Part shown: in pieces, positions 35,501-48,863 of the stretch | Layout of the letters: the number at the start of each line of letters is the position of its first letter | Numbering within the stretch: the stretch's first letter is position 1 | From: Phoronis australis | Lineage: Eukaryota > Animalia > Phoronida | Direction of reading: 5' to 3' | NCBI GenBank assembly: GCA_002633005.1 | Contig: NMRA01000080.1 | Span: 150,133 to 214,132 of the forward strand | Length of the DNA: 64,000 nucleotides | Notes under the pieces: generated by a model | What the model saw: the letters and a program-made list of their open reading frames with translations, nothing else | Database searches by the model: none | What the model was told of the DNA's origin: nothing | Position numbers and translations under genes: made by a program

Positions 35501-38500
35501 GCACACCACGTCGTAGGACGAGTTAAACCTTTATGATTCCAAGTTTGATAAGATGGTCAATCTCCTCTTTCACTTTGTACTCAAGTGGAAACGGAGTACG
35601 TCGGGCATATGGCTGGGCATTCTCCTTCAGGGATATCTTGATTGGGTCAGTATTAAGAAGTCCTATATCTTCAGTAACGGAGTTAACTCGAACGATAACG
35701 TTCATCTGACTGGCTACTCCCCGGCCAAGAAGACTTTCAACTTTTCCATCAACCACCATCACATGAAAACAATAATTCTGTCCCTTGAACACATAGTTCT
35801 TGCGACGAACTGTCCTCGACAAAGAGGACCACCAGGGCTTGACAGCTTAGCCTTGATATCTTTCAGAGGTCTTGGCTTGATCTTGAGATACTGGGAGTAC
35901 GACATGATGGACACATCAGCGCCGGTGTCTATTTTGAATGTTTCGGAAGAGTTGCCCAAGGTGAGAGTCACCTTCCAAGCGGGGTCGCTATCATCACAGT
36001 TTAAGGCACCTAGGAAGTAGTCAACATTTACTGCACCACAGAACTGATCAGCCTGTTGGTCGTCCTCCTCTTCGTAAACTTCATTGACTTTGTTCTTACG
36101 GCATACGGAGGCAAAGTGACCCTGTTTCGAACAGAACCAACATATTTTCCCTCTGGCAGGGCAGGCTTCAGGCCCAGGGGATCTATGGACGTAACCACAA
36201 TTAGGGTATTTCTTCTTCCCCGACTGGTCTCCACTAGATTGCTTGGAGTTGGATTGGCTATGACGCTGGTGTGATGATTTCTTGGGCGATTTCTTTTTCT
36301 GACTTTTGCCCCCTTTTTCACGAAATTGACAGATGCACCTTCACTCTGGTTAGACTGGACAAGTTCTTTGTATCGAGCAGTGTCTATGGCCTTTGAAAGT
36401 GTCAGGTTTTCCTGTTCCATTTGAAGATCACGCAACAAGTCTTTGTCAGTCATCCTTGAGATAAGACGGTCTCGAATATGCACATCTTCTTTTTCGCCGA
36501 AATTACTATGAGCTGCTAGTTCATGTAGACTTCTAACAAAACTTTCAACTGACTCACCCTGCTGTTGGCTACGTTGATAGAATTTCGTTCTCTCGTGGAT
36601 AGTGTTTTTGTGTGGAGCAAAATAGTCCTCGAATTTCTGCACAACCATATTGAAATCGTCTTTTGGATCTGGTGGATTTGGCGCTTCCTCTGTTGGAACA
36701 GGTGTTTCAAATTTGAATGACTTGAAGATGTGTTGGGCTTGATGACCCATCGTATACACAAGTGCAGAGACTTGAACATCACCTTTTTCAACCCTGATTT
36801 TCTCTAGAATGTAGTTACGCATAAACCTGGTTTTCCAGTCTGGCCATGACGATGGTTTCGAGAAATCAAATGCTTCCGGTGCTTGATATTTAGACATTGT
36901 GGATGGTATGGTAGTGCTACACACACACAATGATTGACAGTACTCAGTAGTAGTAGATATTGACAGTTCACGAACGAGCTAGTCTATAGATTTGACGATC
37001 AGTGACACGGACAGTAATGACACAAATTCGACTTGACTGATGTGATGACTTGACTTTAAGACTTGACAAGGAAACAGGAGTCGATCCTACCTTTCCAGTT
37101 ATCACTTTTGTGCCGACTGTCATGCAGGGAATGCTCAATTGACGATATGACTGCTGTGTAACTATGTAGACAATGTGGTCACAAACAAGCGATGACTTCA
37201 TCCACAAAAATCTACCTTTTCATTCGACCATCCACCTTCAAACTATAGTCCTAACTGTTCTCTGAGGCTTTATCTTTCGTTTTCAGCAATTTTCATTTAG
37301 TATTTCAAGGCATCCCACTCCTGACACCATGTTTTAAGGCTACCAAATGAATGATGATAAAACCACGTTGTTTACATGAAACCGGAAGTACAGTATTTTT
37401 TTGCTGCGGGATTGACGTCGATACAAAATGGCGACTGCCATTGGCTAATAAAATCTTGAACAAACAGTAATAAAACCTACCCGTGACAACAATATACTAG
37501 ATCTCCTCCTGACAAACAATCCCAGTAGCATAGTTAAAACTGAGGTCATCCCTGGTCTTAGCAACCACGACATCATCTTTACAGAAATCGAAGTAAACTC
37601 TGCCACACAAAAACAAAAACCTAGAAAAATCTACCTATTCAATAAAGGAAAATACGATGAGCTAAAAACTTACTTAGCTACTTTCAAAGATACATTCCTG
37701 AAACAAGATCATAATTTCTCCTCCATAAATGACATGTGGTCAGTCTTTGCAAGACATGTCCTTGACGCTACTGCACGCTTCATCCTCCACAAAACTTGAA
37801 GACCAAAAAACCGAATTCCTTGGATAAATCTCAAACTAAAAAACTCAGGAAAAGAGACAAACTCTTTCGCTGTTCCAAACATACTGGAAATGAAACTGAC
37901 AGAGAAAACTTCCCAAATCTTAGGAAACTAGTCCAACAGGAAACTTGCAAACAACATAATTACACCTTCCCAGAGTAATAATCCAAAAAGATTTTACTCT
38001 TTCATCAAAAGTCTCAACAAAGAATCATCAAGTACTGCTCCTCTAAAAAAAGATGGCTTCCTACACACTGACACAAAAACAAAGTCAGAAATATTAAACA
38101 CACTTTTCCTCTGTCTTCACAAAGGACGATGGTACAGATACACCTGACATGGGCACAAGCCCCTACAAGTCCATGCATGATATAACCTCCTCTACTGACG
38201 GTTTACGCAAAATGTTGCAAAACATCAATCCTCACAAAGCCGCTGGACCAGACGAAATATCTCCTCACGTTCTTAAAGTAGCAGCAGAAGAAATTGCACC
38301 TGTCCTCCAAGAAATCTTTACCAAATCATATCAAACATCTACAGTTTCGACAGAATGGCAAACTGCAAATGTAGCACCCATCTTCAAAAAGATGATAAAA
38401 CCCTGGCTTCAAACTACCGCCCAATATCACTCACCTGCATATGTTCCAAACTTATGGAGCACATAGTTGTAAGTAACATTATGCCTCATATCGACACAAA

Positions 38501-41500
38501 TAATATACTTTACGCCTGGCAGCATGGTTTTCGTAGCCATAGATCATGTGAAACACAACTTGTCACATTCGTAGATGACCTCCTCCAAACTATGGAGGCA
38601 GGCACTCAAACCGACGCTGTGGTGCTGGACTTCTCCAAAGCCTTTGATAAGGTTTCCCATCCTAGACTCTTGGAGAAGATCAGATACTATGGTATAAGGG
38701 GTCTCACCCAGATTGGATCCAGTCATTTCTATCCCTTAGAACACAGAGAGTCATCGTTGATGGCGAGTTCTCAAATTCTTCCCCAGTCCAATCTGGAGTG
38801 CCCCGGGGCTCTGTCCTCGGCCCTGCACTCTTTATACTCTATATAAACGACCATCCTGACACCATTCTTTCTACAGAAAACGTTCCCCCATAATATACAA
38901 TTACAGCCTACACAACGCTTCACTCAAATGCATTAATGAAGCCCCATACCTCGGGGTCACTCTCACCAATATTTGATCATGGAACACTCATATAGACACA
39001 ATCACCTCAAAGGCAAACAAAACTCTTTGCTTCATTAAACGAAATCTCAAATATGCTCCTCAAAAAACAAAAGCCCTTGCCTACACTTCACTTGTTAGAC
39101 CAAAACTAGAATACTCCTCGTCTGTCTGGGACCCATCCACTTGTACAAACATGGAAAAAATAGAAAAAATACAGCATAGAGCAGCCAGGTTTGTTTTAAA
39201 TGACCACTCAAGGTACTCCTCCATTTCATCCATGCTCAAAACTCTCAATTGGCCCACCATCCAGGAAAGACGAGCTCAGAACAAACTATCCCTTCTGTAC
39301 AAGACCGTACATAACCTGGGTGCTATTCCTCACTCATACCTTCCAGACCTCCAGATCACGAAACTCCCACTCTCATACCTTTGAGAGATTATACATCCGC
39401 ACCGCATACTACGCAAACTCTTTCCATCTACCATTCTACTCTGGAATAGACTCCCACAATTTGCCATCTCGTCAGAAACAATAGGAATATTCACAAGTCA
39501 CATCTTGAACACCAATATTACACGGTAATCATTAAGACCTTTTTATCTTGGCACTAACCACCACTTTGTTTTTATTATTATTTTTCACAGTTACGTGCAC
39601 CTATGTTTTATACTAACAATGCGCCAACAAGTAAGGATCGATACCACGATCGTTTGTTGCTTTTTGGAAGAAGAACCATTTTGTGAGAAAATTTGCGAAA
39701 TAATTTCTTTATTTCAGTTCATCTAGTTTTGAAATCGTTGGCTTCAAGTTCTTGGCCTACCTGCAACAAACGCTACAGTTACAGTGGCCGTAGTAGTAGA
39801 CGACTGCTCCTACTCCTAATCCTATACAGCATCAATCAGATACAGGCACTGACCACCGTCTTTACTGGTCTTTACAGGACCTTAATACACCAGAAGCTTT
39901 TCCGCGAATTATGCCTGACACTGATTAAAACATCAAAGTGGCGTTTTTATAAATGCTTTTAAGTACCGTTTCACGGCATTTGCAGTGTACACAGAGGGAC
40001 ACTTGTGAGGCTGTCAATGTCTTTAATTTCATCCAATTCAAACAAATACTCCAGTAATCAAACTTTTTCTTCGAGCAGTCCTTTGTTCAGTTGTCCCAAT
40101 CGGCAACTGCCCATTTTTACATTGCGTGCGCTCTTATTTTTACTGTGCCTGCCAGGAGCTTGGCTGGCAAACAGCTAGGTCACAGCTATGTGTTAAAATA
40201 CTTTTGGAGAGGAAGGGAAAGGATAAAGCATTATTTTCTTACTTAAGTTTTAATAAAAACGAAGCTTTCCTCATCTGACATCTCTTGTAATTGTCTTTTC
40301 CGTACAATTGTTTGCATTCAGTACCATCCAAGAAGTCTAGCCTCAGAATCATGTACTATTAGATAACCGCTCTTATCCCTCACTTATTGTGGTTTTTCTA
40401 GATGTATGACTATTCAATAACCATTTTATTTATGTCTCAGAGTGACATATCGATTTGGCTTGAAATTCGAAACGTGGCTTGCGAGGGATCTGAACTTGGA
40501 TTTCTGAATTTTGCAAGTGCACATGTTACGCAAGCAGAGATGAAAAAAGTTATATAGACAAGTTGTGCACAAGGATACTCAATGTCTAAGATACGTTACG
40601 TGAATGTAGTATTGCTTGAAGTAAAAAGAGAACGTTCAAACATTTATTTGTACGCGAGACAATCAAACTTCAAAAAATAGTATGCATTGTGCCTGAATAA
40701 ATAACAATTCTGATCAATAATAAACCACTGTCAAATACATAACTGTGCAAAAATACAAGCCATTTTGACAGAGCAGACTACAAAATATTCCTTTATTTTT
40801 GTTGTCGTCAGTGTTGACCTGATTACCTATGGCATCATGCAAGTAATTCCAAAACCATCAATATGAAGGAACTGAAGGTTTTTACCAGATGGCAAGAGTC
40901 ATTTATATCACAGAAAAGTGAGGAATTATTAGGTTATTGAATTGTTTTGGGTTTATTAAAAGTATTAAGAAGAAATCGATTGTATTTAGAAAAAATGTCA
41001 CTCTCAGGCTTTTCCCTCTAGTGGTATTTTGTCTAAAAACCATCGTGTTCCTCATAATACATTTAGTAACATCAGGACCATTCAATAACCTATATTAGCT
41101 ACCAGAATTATGTTTTGAATGAATGATGTTTTACCATCCTGTTTGATAGTTTTTATGATCTTTGATCTTACATCCCACTGCCTGCACGATTTATTTGGCA
41201 CACCATCAAAACACGCGTTGCCAGCCATTACAACAATGTCACAAGTTATTTTGGTCAGTTAGCCTACATAATCTGTACATGACAAAACGCGGAAAGGTAT
41301 TAAGTAATCATAGTTTTATCAGTGCATTAATTTTGTAGCCGGACATATCGTTCATTATACTTTGTACACTGAACCGCACACCAGGCTTAATATTCCCAAA
41401 CATATGGCTCCTCACCCCTCCTCTTTACTGCGACTGTGGCGTTGTAGTGCCTGGGTGATTACATTGTGTGTGTACAGAATTTACCATATAGGCATGTGTT

Positions 41501-44500
41501 TTTCAGGTGGATTTTTCATCGTGGGTGTTGCTGGAGTTTCTTTGCTTGCTGGTTTCAGTACAACTTTAGCCATGGCGAAGAAAAAGGACCCGTCAACGTT
41601 TGCAAAGGTTGCCTTGTTGGGATAAAAAAATCATTTTGTTTCTCAGTGTTTTTTTTTTGTTCGCTTAAAACAGCAGTGGAAGGATTGAGATAGCACTGAA
41701 AGTTTCAAGAGTGGCTGAGGAGTTGGTCGGATGGTTGGTTGTTTTGACATTGATTGACCACAAAATTGTTAAGAACGTCAGCTCTTCACAATTTACAAAA
41801 CGGATGCTAACAGAAAGACTGTGAGACAAACTTAATATAAGGATGATCAACATGAAACGAGGCTTTTCATTTAGTAAAATAGTCCCTTATTGATTAGTTC
41901 TGAAGTTTTTATGTTACAACTTGCACAGCAATAATTGATAACAGAACCATGAGGACTTAAAATGACAATACACTTCCATGTTTTGTTAAGAACTAGCTTT
42001 TGTCTTAAGCCACCTACTTATACTGTACAGTTATATAATTGGTCTTTTCTTGTTCCTTACTTGGACTCTGAATGATTTGCTAGAGGATCTGTCTGACGGC
42101 TCAGTATTTATTCAGACCAGGTCCATTAAGTTGCTTGTCACTTTGGGTTAGTTTCAGTCACTGAAGGCACTTTCCCATTTAAGGGGAACTTCTATTTACT
42201 GAAGATTTGGTGAAATTTTGTTTACCCCTTCCAATTAGACAGCGATATCAAAGTTATTGCTAAGATAACAGGTGACATAGTGCATTCGTACTCTCAAACA
42301 AATGTTGAGTAGTTGGTTTGTGGCTAACTGAAAATTGTTCTCCTGCCATTTATGAGTGTTTACGAAAATGATCAGTCATTCTTCATCAGAAATGCTTTCT
42401 TTTATTTATGTACGTGCGTCTATTGAGAGCACGTCGGCTATGCTACAATAACAAAAAACACTTTTTGCTAGTCTCCCGTGATCATATATTGTTGCCGTGA
42501 CCTCTACCGATAACTTCGACGAATCTTCGCTTTGACTGTTCCTACTACACCAAAATTTCGGGGAGTACCGAAGCTTCGCTTTTAAATCGTAATATTTTCA
42601 AAAGAGTTTCGCATGCAGATTAACTACCAAGTTTCGCCTCTAATGGGAAAGTGACTTTAGGCAACATGACCATCAGGAGAATTCCAGCTGGCTTATTGAA
42701 ACCAATTTCTGTTTTTCTGTTCAAAGAAAAGATTGGAATGGGAGGACTTTCATGGGGAAGAGTGAATGTGCAGGAGAAGAAAGTTGATGTTTTTAGCACT
42801 AGAGCGCGGTTTACAGCATAATTCAAAAACACATAATTTTGCAGAAAAATTTCCTGTAGTTTGAAAATGAAATGTTATATTTCACTGTTTTCATCCTTGT
42901 GTAAGAATGTGTAACAAAGTCTTAGTAGTTTTCAGAAAGTCACAATCACACACAGCCTACCCAAGAACTACTTGCACTAGTGCAACTTAACCCACTTTTA
43001 AGTGGAGCATCCACACACATACATCCGATAACTGGAGTAAGACAAAAGGTGTCGCTCTGTGCGTGACAATGAAGACCTAATGCCAATACCTACTCCACTT
43101 TTGTGGCCACGCAGCGATAACCAGTGGCGGAAGTTACCATAGATCTAGAAACCCCACTTTGATGATGTGGAGTAAGTCGTCACAAGTGGGGTAAGTTGCA
43201 CTGGTTTAAATAGCGTCCAGACAACACTCAAACCTAGCGACAATTCATTCCAGGAGTAAGTTGTTTTAGGGCAAGTCTGTGTGTGAACAGCACTAATTAA
43301 TTCAAGCTGAAATAAAAAATTGAAGTGGAATAAATCAAGTTAGTGACCATTAATCTTCTAGTTGAAGTGATTGTTGTAGTGCCGAAACGTGAACCTAGGT
43401 GGTGCTGCTTTTGGATTGTGTCGTGGTCCCTGTGTCAGGCAGAGTGAATTTCAACAGGAGTTTGCATTATGTTTACAGGGTTTGACAGGATCTCGTGAGT
43501 TGCCGGAGTCTGGAGGCCAGTTGGCAATTAGAGCCTTAGGAAGGGGGACATTATATGCTATATCAGGTGTTGGTTTGTTCTGTTTAGCCGTGTGGAAACT
43601 CATGGGCGTCAAGAATGTAAGTTGTACAGTGTGGCTATGTTTTCCTCTGTGTGCTGGTTTATTCAGTAAGTTAATCGCCAATTTTGGATAAATACAGTTG
43701 CCAAAATTGCGCTGTTTTTCAATTTTTGAGGTCTATCGTTTTTGTGAATACCCACAGTTTTTAAAAAATATCTGGTGATAGNTGTGGTCTATTTCATGAA
43801 AATTGGCGTAAGACGTAAGACAGAAACTTGGTCTTGCTCTCCACAATTTATTTTCTCCTGAGCAAATGTGCAGTCTCTGAGAACACACACATGATTGATA
43901 GTTAATGACATAATTTTCATGAATTATTTAATGACTGGAATAAGCTCATTTTGATTACTTGGCTAAACCTCCATTCAACTAGTTTGCAATGGTAGCGTAA
44001 GACCCTGGTTAGCTTGGGAGACATTTATTCTTTTGGTAGGTATTTATTATCTGTGGAACCCCGCATAGGAAGTGATGTAAATGGCCCGGCAAAAGGCCTG
44101 CATCTTGATTCTGCATTCACTTCTCAGCAAACACAAATGACCGACACAGACTGTGTTCAATAGTGAGTTGGACATTGTGTCGACTCAATGGTTGTGAATG
44201 TACGAGCAAGGTGTAGGCCTTTTATTTTGTCGTTCATGTCACATTTTATTCCTATGTGGATAGTAAATGCACGCCTGGGGACAGTAATTGACACGGAAAA
44301 TGCATCTCCAAGTTAACCAGGAATATTTTTTACTAATGGTAGCAACAAATATAGTTGCATACCCGTTAACGGTAATATGTACTGCGCTACAATGAGCCCT
44401 TCCTAGACTTTCTCAGATGCTTGCTTAAACTGAAAAGTTTACTATGTAACAGAAATCAACTCTGCTCAATTTACTTGAGATTTGTGGAATGGAACATTGT

Positions 44501-45109
44501 AAACTAGCCATCATTATAAACAAACACATAACGCAGATTTGAAAGCACTGAGTCTAATTCCAAACATCTGCTAATTGATCAGTGAAACTTCACATTCAGC
44601 AGAAAATGTTACTGACTCGTAAAATTCTATTGATTATGCGACTTGTAGGCTTTGTGAGGTCACTCTTGTCTTGCTGGTATTTTGCAAGTAGCGTTAGTGA
44701 ATTCACTTACTCTTATAACTAAGTGCATCTTGTGTAATTGTTGCCCATTCAACCTTACTGACCAGAATGTGCACTTTTAAATACCTGCGTGTGATTTCAA
44801 AGAATTATTAATATTTTTTTGGAATTCATTTCCAGTCAAGAAATCAATCTTAGTTGTGATATTTTCTCACTGTCCAACATCAAACAATTTGCTCATTTTA
44901 CGGTGTGTTTACTGAAAAACGTGCCAATCTAGCTGACTTATATTACACAGATGGAAGAATTTCGACTCAAAATTCAGAAGAATATTCCACAGGCCCCAAA
45001 GAAAGAGCCCGAAGGGAGAAGTGATTTTTCTACAGTCAGGGAGGTAGTCAATTATTTAATAGAAGAAGACGCCAGACAGAAACAAATAAAGACCGACCAA
45101 AGGACTTGA
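29571..45109 (+). CDS. TMEM242: Transmembrane protein 242, 4 exons, ~153 aa
   Basis: Exons: 29571-29634 (MEKGEESDANSAKRNKFQQLV, donor GTATGT, phase 1), 41507-41607 (GGFFIVGVAGVSLLAGFSTTLAMAKKKDPSTFAK), 43479-43616 (LPESGGQLAIRALGRGTLYA..AVWKLMGV), 44951-45109 (MEEFRLKIQK...TGA). They total 462 nt in frame. Exon 1 is assigned by phase and position and is less certain. Confidence 0.88.
29725..31307 (-). mobile_element. TRIM (non-autonomous miniature LTR retrotransposon) with tRNA-like sequence in its LTRs
   Basis: Direct TG...CA repeats at 31155-31307 (5' LTR) and 29725-29826 (3' LTR, internally deleted). PBS TGGCGTAGTCGGCA (31152-31139) matches the tRNA-Ser 3' end. PPT AGGAAAGGGGGGAA lies at 29840-29827. 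Each LTR has box A TAGCTGAATGG and box B GGTTCGATCC on the minus strand. Confidence 0.85.
29917..31008. mobile_element. Non-autonomous CACTA/EnSpm-like DNA element inserted in the TRIM
   Basis: TIRs CCCTTATGAAAAAG / CTTTTTCGTAAGGG, a 2 bp TT target duplication, and dense subterminal agtgagaat/attctcact repeats in both orientations. Confidence 0.8.
31835..32699. mobile_element. Long-TIR MITE (hAT-like terminus); left end lost in the gap; diverged relative at ~39843-40150
   Basis: 31835-~32045 is the reverse complement of ~32430-32636. The right terminus ...ggtcattgccta aligns with caggcactgacc at 39843. Confidence 0.8.
32789..34735. mobile_element. ISL2EU/Harbinger-group DNA transposon relic (THAP and SWIM fragments) inserted into Gypsy RNase H
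   Basis: Short inverted ends (a)cctatcgc / gcgatagg(t). A plus-strand degenerate THAP starts at 32949 (MGKQC*YGMCSTDSRY..CPKPKNDVEKRKLWIK..). A minus-strand exon 34676-34409 ends in ..ESYVHD..MICSCKGG|GTATGT (SWIM-like). Confidence 0.65.
33764..34057. mobile_element. hAT-like MITE nested in the THAP/SWIM element
   Basis: Imperfect TIRs CATAGGCGGATTTAGG / CCTAGATCCGTCACTG; no clean TSD. Confidence 0.5.
37463..39675 (+). mobile_element. Decayed CR1/L2-group LINE, 5'-truncated
   Basis: APE C-terminus PTRDNNILDLLLTNNP..GLSNHD. RT motifs KAAGPDEI, NYRPISLTCICSKLMEH, QHGFR, LDFSKAFDKV and SGVP.GSVLGP, with the YADD region deleted. C-terminal KIEKIQHRAARFV. The 3' end has a stem-loop and a gaagaagaa tail. 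Confidence 0.9.
42938..43293. mobile_element. MITE with imperfect TIRs
   Basis: tcacacacag..ccc.a.aac.actt versus aagttgttttagggcaagtctgtgtgtgaa, with a nested inverted pair agtgcaactta/taagttgcact. Confidence 0.5.
44004..44321. mobile_element. MITE in TMEM242 intron 3
   Basis: TIRs cctggttagcttgggaga / tctccaagttaaccagg. Confidence 0.55.
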
Positions 45110-45176
45110 TAGCGTTGTCGAGTGTTGACTCATAAAATAGAGCTGTCCGTGCCACATAACTCACATTTGAAATCTG

Positions 45177-45562
45177 GGCCCGGAATCTAATCTTTGTGCT
45201 CAAAACAAACTCGAAATCATTTTTGGCAATTTCTCTGCAGACTTTTGTTCAAACTCAAGATAAGTGGTTATTAGAGTGTGCTTGAATACATTTTAGTTTG
45301 CGCATATGAGTTTCTAGTCCAAGTTTGCACTTGATGACCCTTACAGTTTTTGCTACAAACTTGAGTAAAAACTTGAAATTTCGAGTTCAAACTCAAACTT
45401 TTAGCCTTAATGTTGGGTTTATCAAGTGCAAACAAGGACTAATAAATTATCTGCGTAAGTTATTATGTACTCAAGCATAGAACAATAAACACTTATCTTG
45501 AGTAGAAAATGCCAAACATAATTTTGAGTTCCATTTCCAGTAAAAAGATTAGAACCCGGGCC
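45177..45562. mobile_element. PIF/Harbinger-like MITE just downstream of the TMEM242 stop
   Basis: TIRs GGCCCGGAATCTAATCTTT / AAAGATTAGAACCCGGGCC, with a CTG 3 bp target duplication (45174-45176, 45563-45565). Confidence 0.8.
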
Positions 45563-46029
45563 CTGTACTTTGCATGCATTTAGTGCTCCTGAGATTTCAT
45601 TTACTGCCAACATTTGTCTGTTTCTTAAAGCTGCATTTCATCCTGTTTAATTGTTATTTTGAGCATATTTTGAGTTCTCAAGTGACGAGCCAAAACCAAC
45701 TGCTGATTTGCGATTTACTCATGAAAAATGGCCATGGCTGGATCACATGACTGACCAGTCTTGTAGTGGATTTCCCTGCGCACCATTTTGGAATTTTACG
45801 GTTGGCAACCTCAATAAAATCAATGTTTTTCATCCGACCCATTTCTTGTCCTGTGGACATGTTAATACTTTTCTTGGTAACAGAAAACTTGTCCCGTCAC
45901 GGTGAGGAAAATTTTGATTTTGTTTTTAACTAGCTAAATGACCAGGGTAAAATGCATTATTTATAATGTTGGGAACCTTATGCTGTACATTGGTCTGTAG
46001 GTATGTTTAAATCAAATTTGTAAGAACTG

Positions 46030-46175
46030 GGCTGGGTTGCATAAAACTTCAAATTTATCCACTGGATAAGTTTGATTGTTGCATGACGTCAGTCAGGTGC
46101 ATTGTTGAACAATAACCACGTGATAATGTGACGTCAGTGTTGCTATACGGCCTATAACTTCTATGCAACTGTTCC
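46030..46175. mobile_element. Small Harbinger-like MITE
   Basis: Inverted ends ggttgcataaaact / acttctatgcaact. Confidence 0.4.
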
Positions 46176-48863
46176 TGGTCTGTTCAATGTGAAATGCTCA
46201 GTAGCAAGCAGTGAAGTACACCCTTCACATGACTGTAAATTCAGCCAACACTGTCAGCATAGAGGAGTAGCTTTCCGGTGCTTGTCTGCAGATCTACTAA
46301 AAATCTAATTTATTATTTTGTACTTACCATATTTGAAATATGAATGTTTGTTTGCACTTGTGTATACGATTGTTCTTAGAAATTAAATTTTCACAGACTG
46401 CAAAAGAAAACATTCTACATTCAATTCTTTAGTGTTGTGCGAGCACAAAAAAAGTTCGCTTGACCCAATTTCTGCTACATTGTATCTCCACACAGAACAC
46501 TGTCCACCATCTGGCAACAAGGTGCGTTTCATCATAATCGTCTTATATCAGAAAATGGCATTCATTATCCAAGTAGGTCATACAGGAACTTTCAGAATGG
46601 CAAAATAAAATGTCAGATAAATAGTAAAATGAGGACAGTACTAAGTAGCGATGTAGGTAGATGCATCCTGTTTGTTTAACTCATCAAATGATGACCTGTA
46701 AGCTTCTCAAGTCACTTTTTCTACTTTATACAATTCGGGAGATTTCATGTTCATTTGTTTTCAAATGCTTTCTGAGATGGTTGTTGGTATATAAACATCC
46801 GGTAACATCACTAAAAACTTGGGCTGTGTTTCGTAAACACAAGAATTTAGCAAGTAGTCAGTGTGACCATGTGCTTTACATCTAATGCAGAGATGTCTTA
46901 CAAAGTCTCGAGTTATCTTGTGGTTTCGTGGTTTGTTTGGGTCTACCCAACACTGGCCTGGCATTTAGACACTTTAGTGAGAATCTTTCATGCAAAAGAA
47001 TTGCTAACAACCGGACTGTAGACATTTTGTGGATTTTGCCGCTCAATTTCTATTTCTACATTTTACTTGACGTATGATCATGGTTGTTTAGTCAAACTTG
47101 CACCAAAAGCACATCGCTGATAACAAGAATTGTACGATGACACTTGGCTTACCTCAAAATCCAACTGCTGCCTGATGGTTTGGTAATTGGCCCAATGATG
47201 TTGTACACCCAGAATTATTGAGGAACATATAATGGCAACATTCAACAAATGTTTTAGGTTGTAAAAGTCACATTCCTTGTCAAATTTTCAAAATTCAAAA
47301 ACCTTATCATGTGTGGTATTCACTAATTCAAATATGCTATTTACCACATTTCAAAATGAAAAATACCACTGTCGTCCCTAATGTGTTTATGATGGCCTCA
47401 TTATCTAGAGAACGATAACATCAGCAGTCTGAGGCAATTCAATCAACCACAACAGCATGGTGTCTTTGATCTGAACTGGTAAATTCTGTGGTGCTCGAGC
47501 TGGTCGAGTTGCTCAATCTCGACCGATTAAGGTGTCAAGATGTTCCTTTCATGTGTTTACCTGTGCTTTCAGTTATGGCGAGTTCAAGTAAGAAATATCG
47601 ATTTACGTCATTGTTTACACGTCAAGTTTTCTGTGATATCACCCAATCAATACATTTGAAAAACGACACCAACACCGCAAACTGAATAAGTTTTGCCGTA
47701 ACTGAAATCCCCGAATTTACTATAGGCATGTAGTGTATTGTCTTTGGACATTTTCACCCGAGTAAAAAGCGTATCTGTGGTCTACAACACGGGCACTTTG
47801 CTTTGTTTGAAGAAGAGTTCAGTACTTGAACTGATTTGAGTGAGCGATTAAGACGACTAAATGAGTTTGGGTGACAAATGACAAAACGGGACCACGCTCG
47901 TTTACATGTAAATTTAATCATAGTTAAATTACAAGAGTTTGCAACATCTTGTTATAACGTGTAACAAATCAAATGGTTACATAAAGTGGAAATGAAACAA
48001 TTACGAATGATGGGACTGGATAGCTACAGAATTTTGATGAAGCCTGTAAAATACCAAAAAATGAAGATATGTAAAGTAACAATTTGGCAATCTTAGCAAA
48101 AAATTCCTATTATTTCACGAGTTGAACATATCATTTGGAAACAAATCCGAATAGTCAGTCAATAAGAAATTTGACCCACTTCATCAATAACTTCCTGAAC
48201 ATTTCAAGGTATAAAATTGAAAGTGATTGCCTAATAAGGAAAACTGAGACTTTTTCACAATACTGGAACCAGATCAACATTCCTACTCGGCTTGTGAGAA
48301 ACTATGCAGTATTATCAGTAATCACATTTTCTTTTTACTATGCTAACAAGCAGCAGCAACAACAAGAAATGTAGCATTTAAACTAATGAGAAATGACCGT
48401 TTCTAAGTATGTCACTTGTCTACAAACTTAACAATCTAAATTTTGGGTAACGGGTCTGAATGCAAAACGTACAATTAAGAATACAGAAAACTAACATGCA
48501 ACAAATTATTGTCAAGTACAAGCATACAAAATAACGTCAAGCATCTAAAATCACTACCGTCTGGAATGCGAACTAAACGGTAAATACCGGTAGGTGTAAT
48601 GTAGTACTGTGATCTTTTGCTTTTTGTGGATTTTTTCTCACAATGGCTAAGCAACTGAGCAGCATGAATCGAAGTAAGACGAATTCTGATGTTTGGAATG
48701 AGTAACATAAGATTACCAACGCATAAACAAACGGGCCTACTACCTTAGGTACAGCCTGTACTAATGCCTACATGAGACCAACTATTAACACTGGTTTGTA
48801 TGACAAATGTGTACATCGAACATAACCAACAAAACTTCCCATCAACACTGTTATTAACCCTGC

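Larger units (their letters stand above)
32700..37462 (-). mobile_element. Decayed Ty3/Gypsy LTR retrotransposon (Mag-like), interrupted
   Basis: Candidate 5' LTR ~37462-37330, followed by PBS TGGTGTCAGGAGTGGGAT (37329-37312, tRNA-Leu). Gag ~36897-36080 includes a C..C.K.GHF..VC knuckle, then protease KIDTGAD, RT VYMDDIL and ..PVLSYYDVTKP at ~34745. RNase H SVDASSYGLGG..LKPIAFCS resumes at 32788-32700. Multiple frameshifts; no integrase or 3' LTR visible. Confidence 0.9.

Noticed and set aside
36028-36930. Domesticated gag gene
   Set aside because: It is frameshifted before the zinc knuckles and embedded in a decayed element with PBS, protease and RT.
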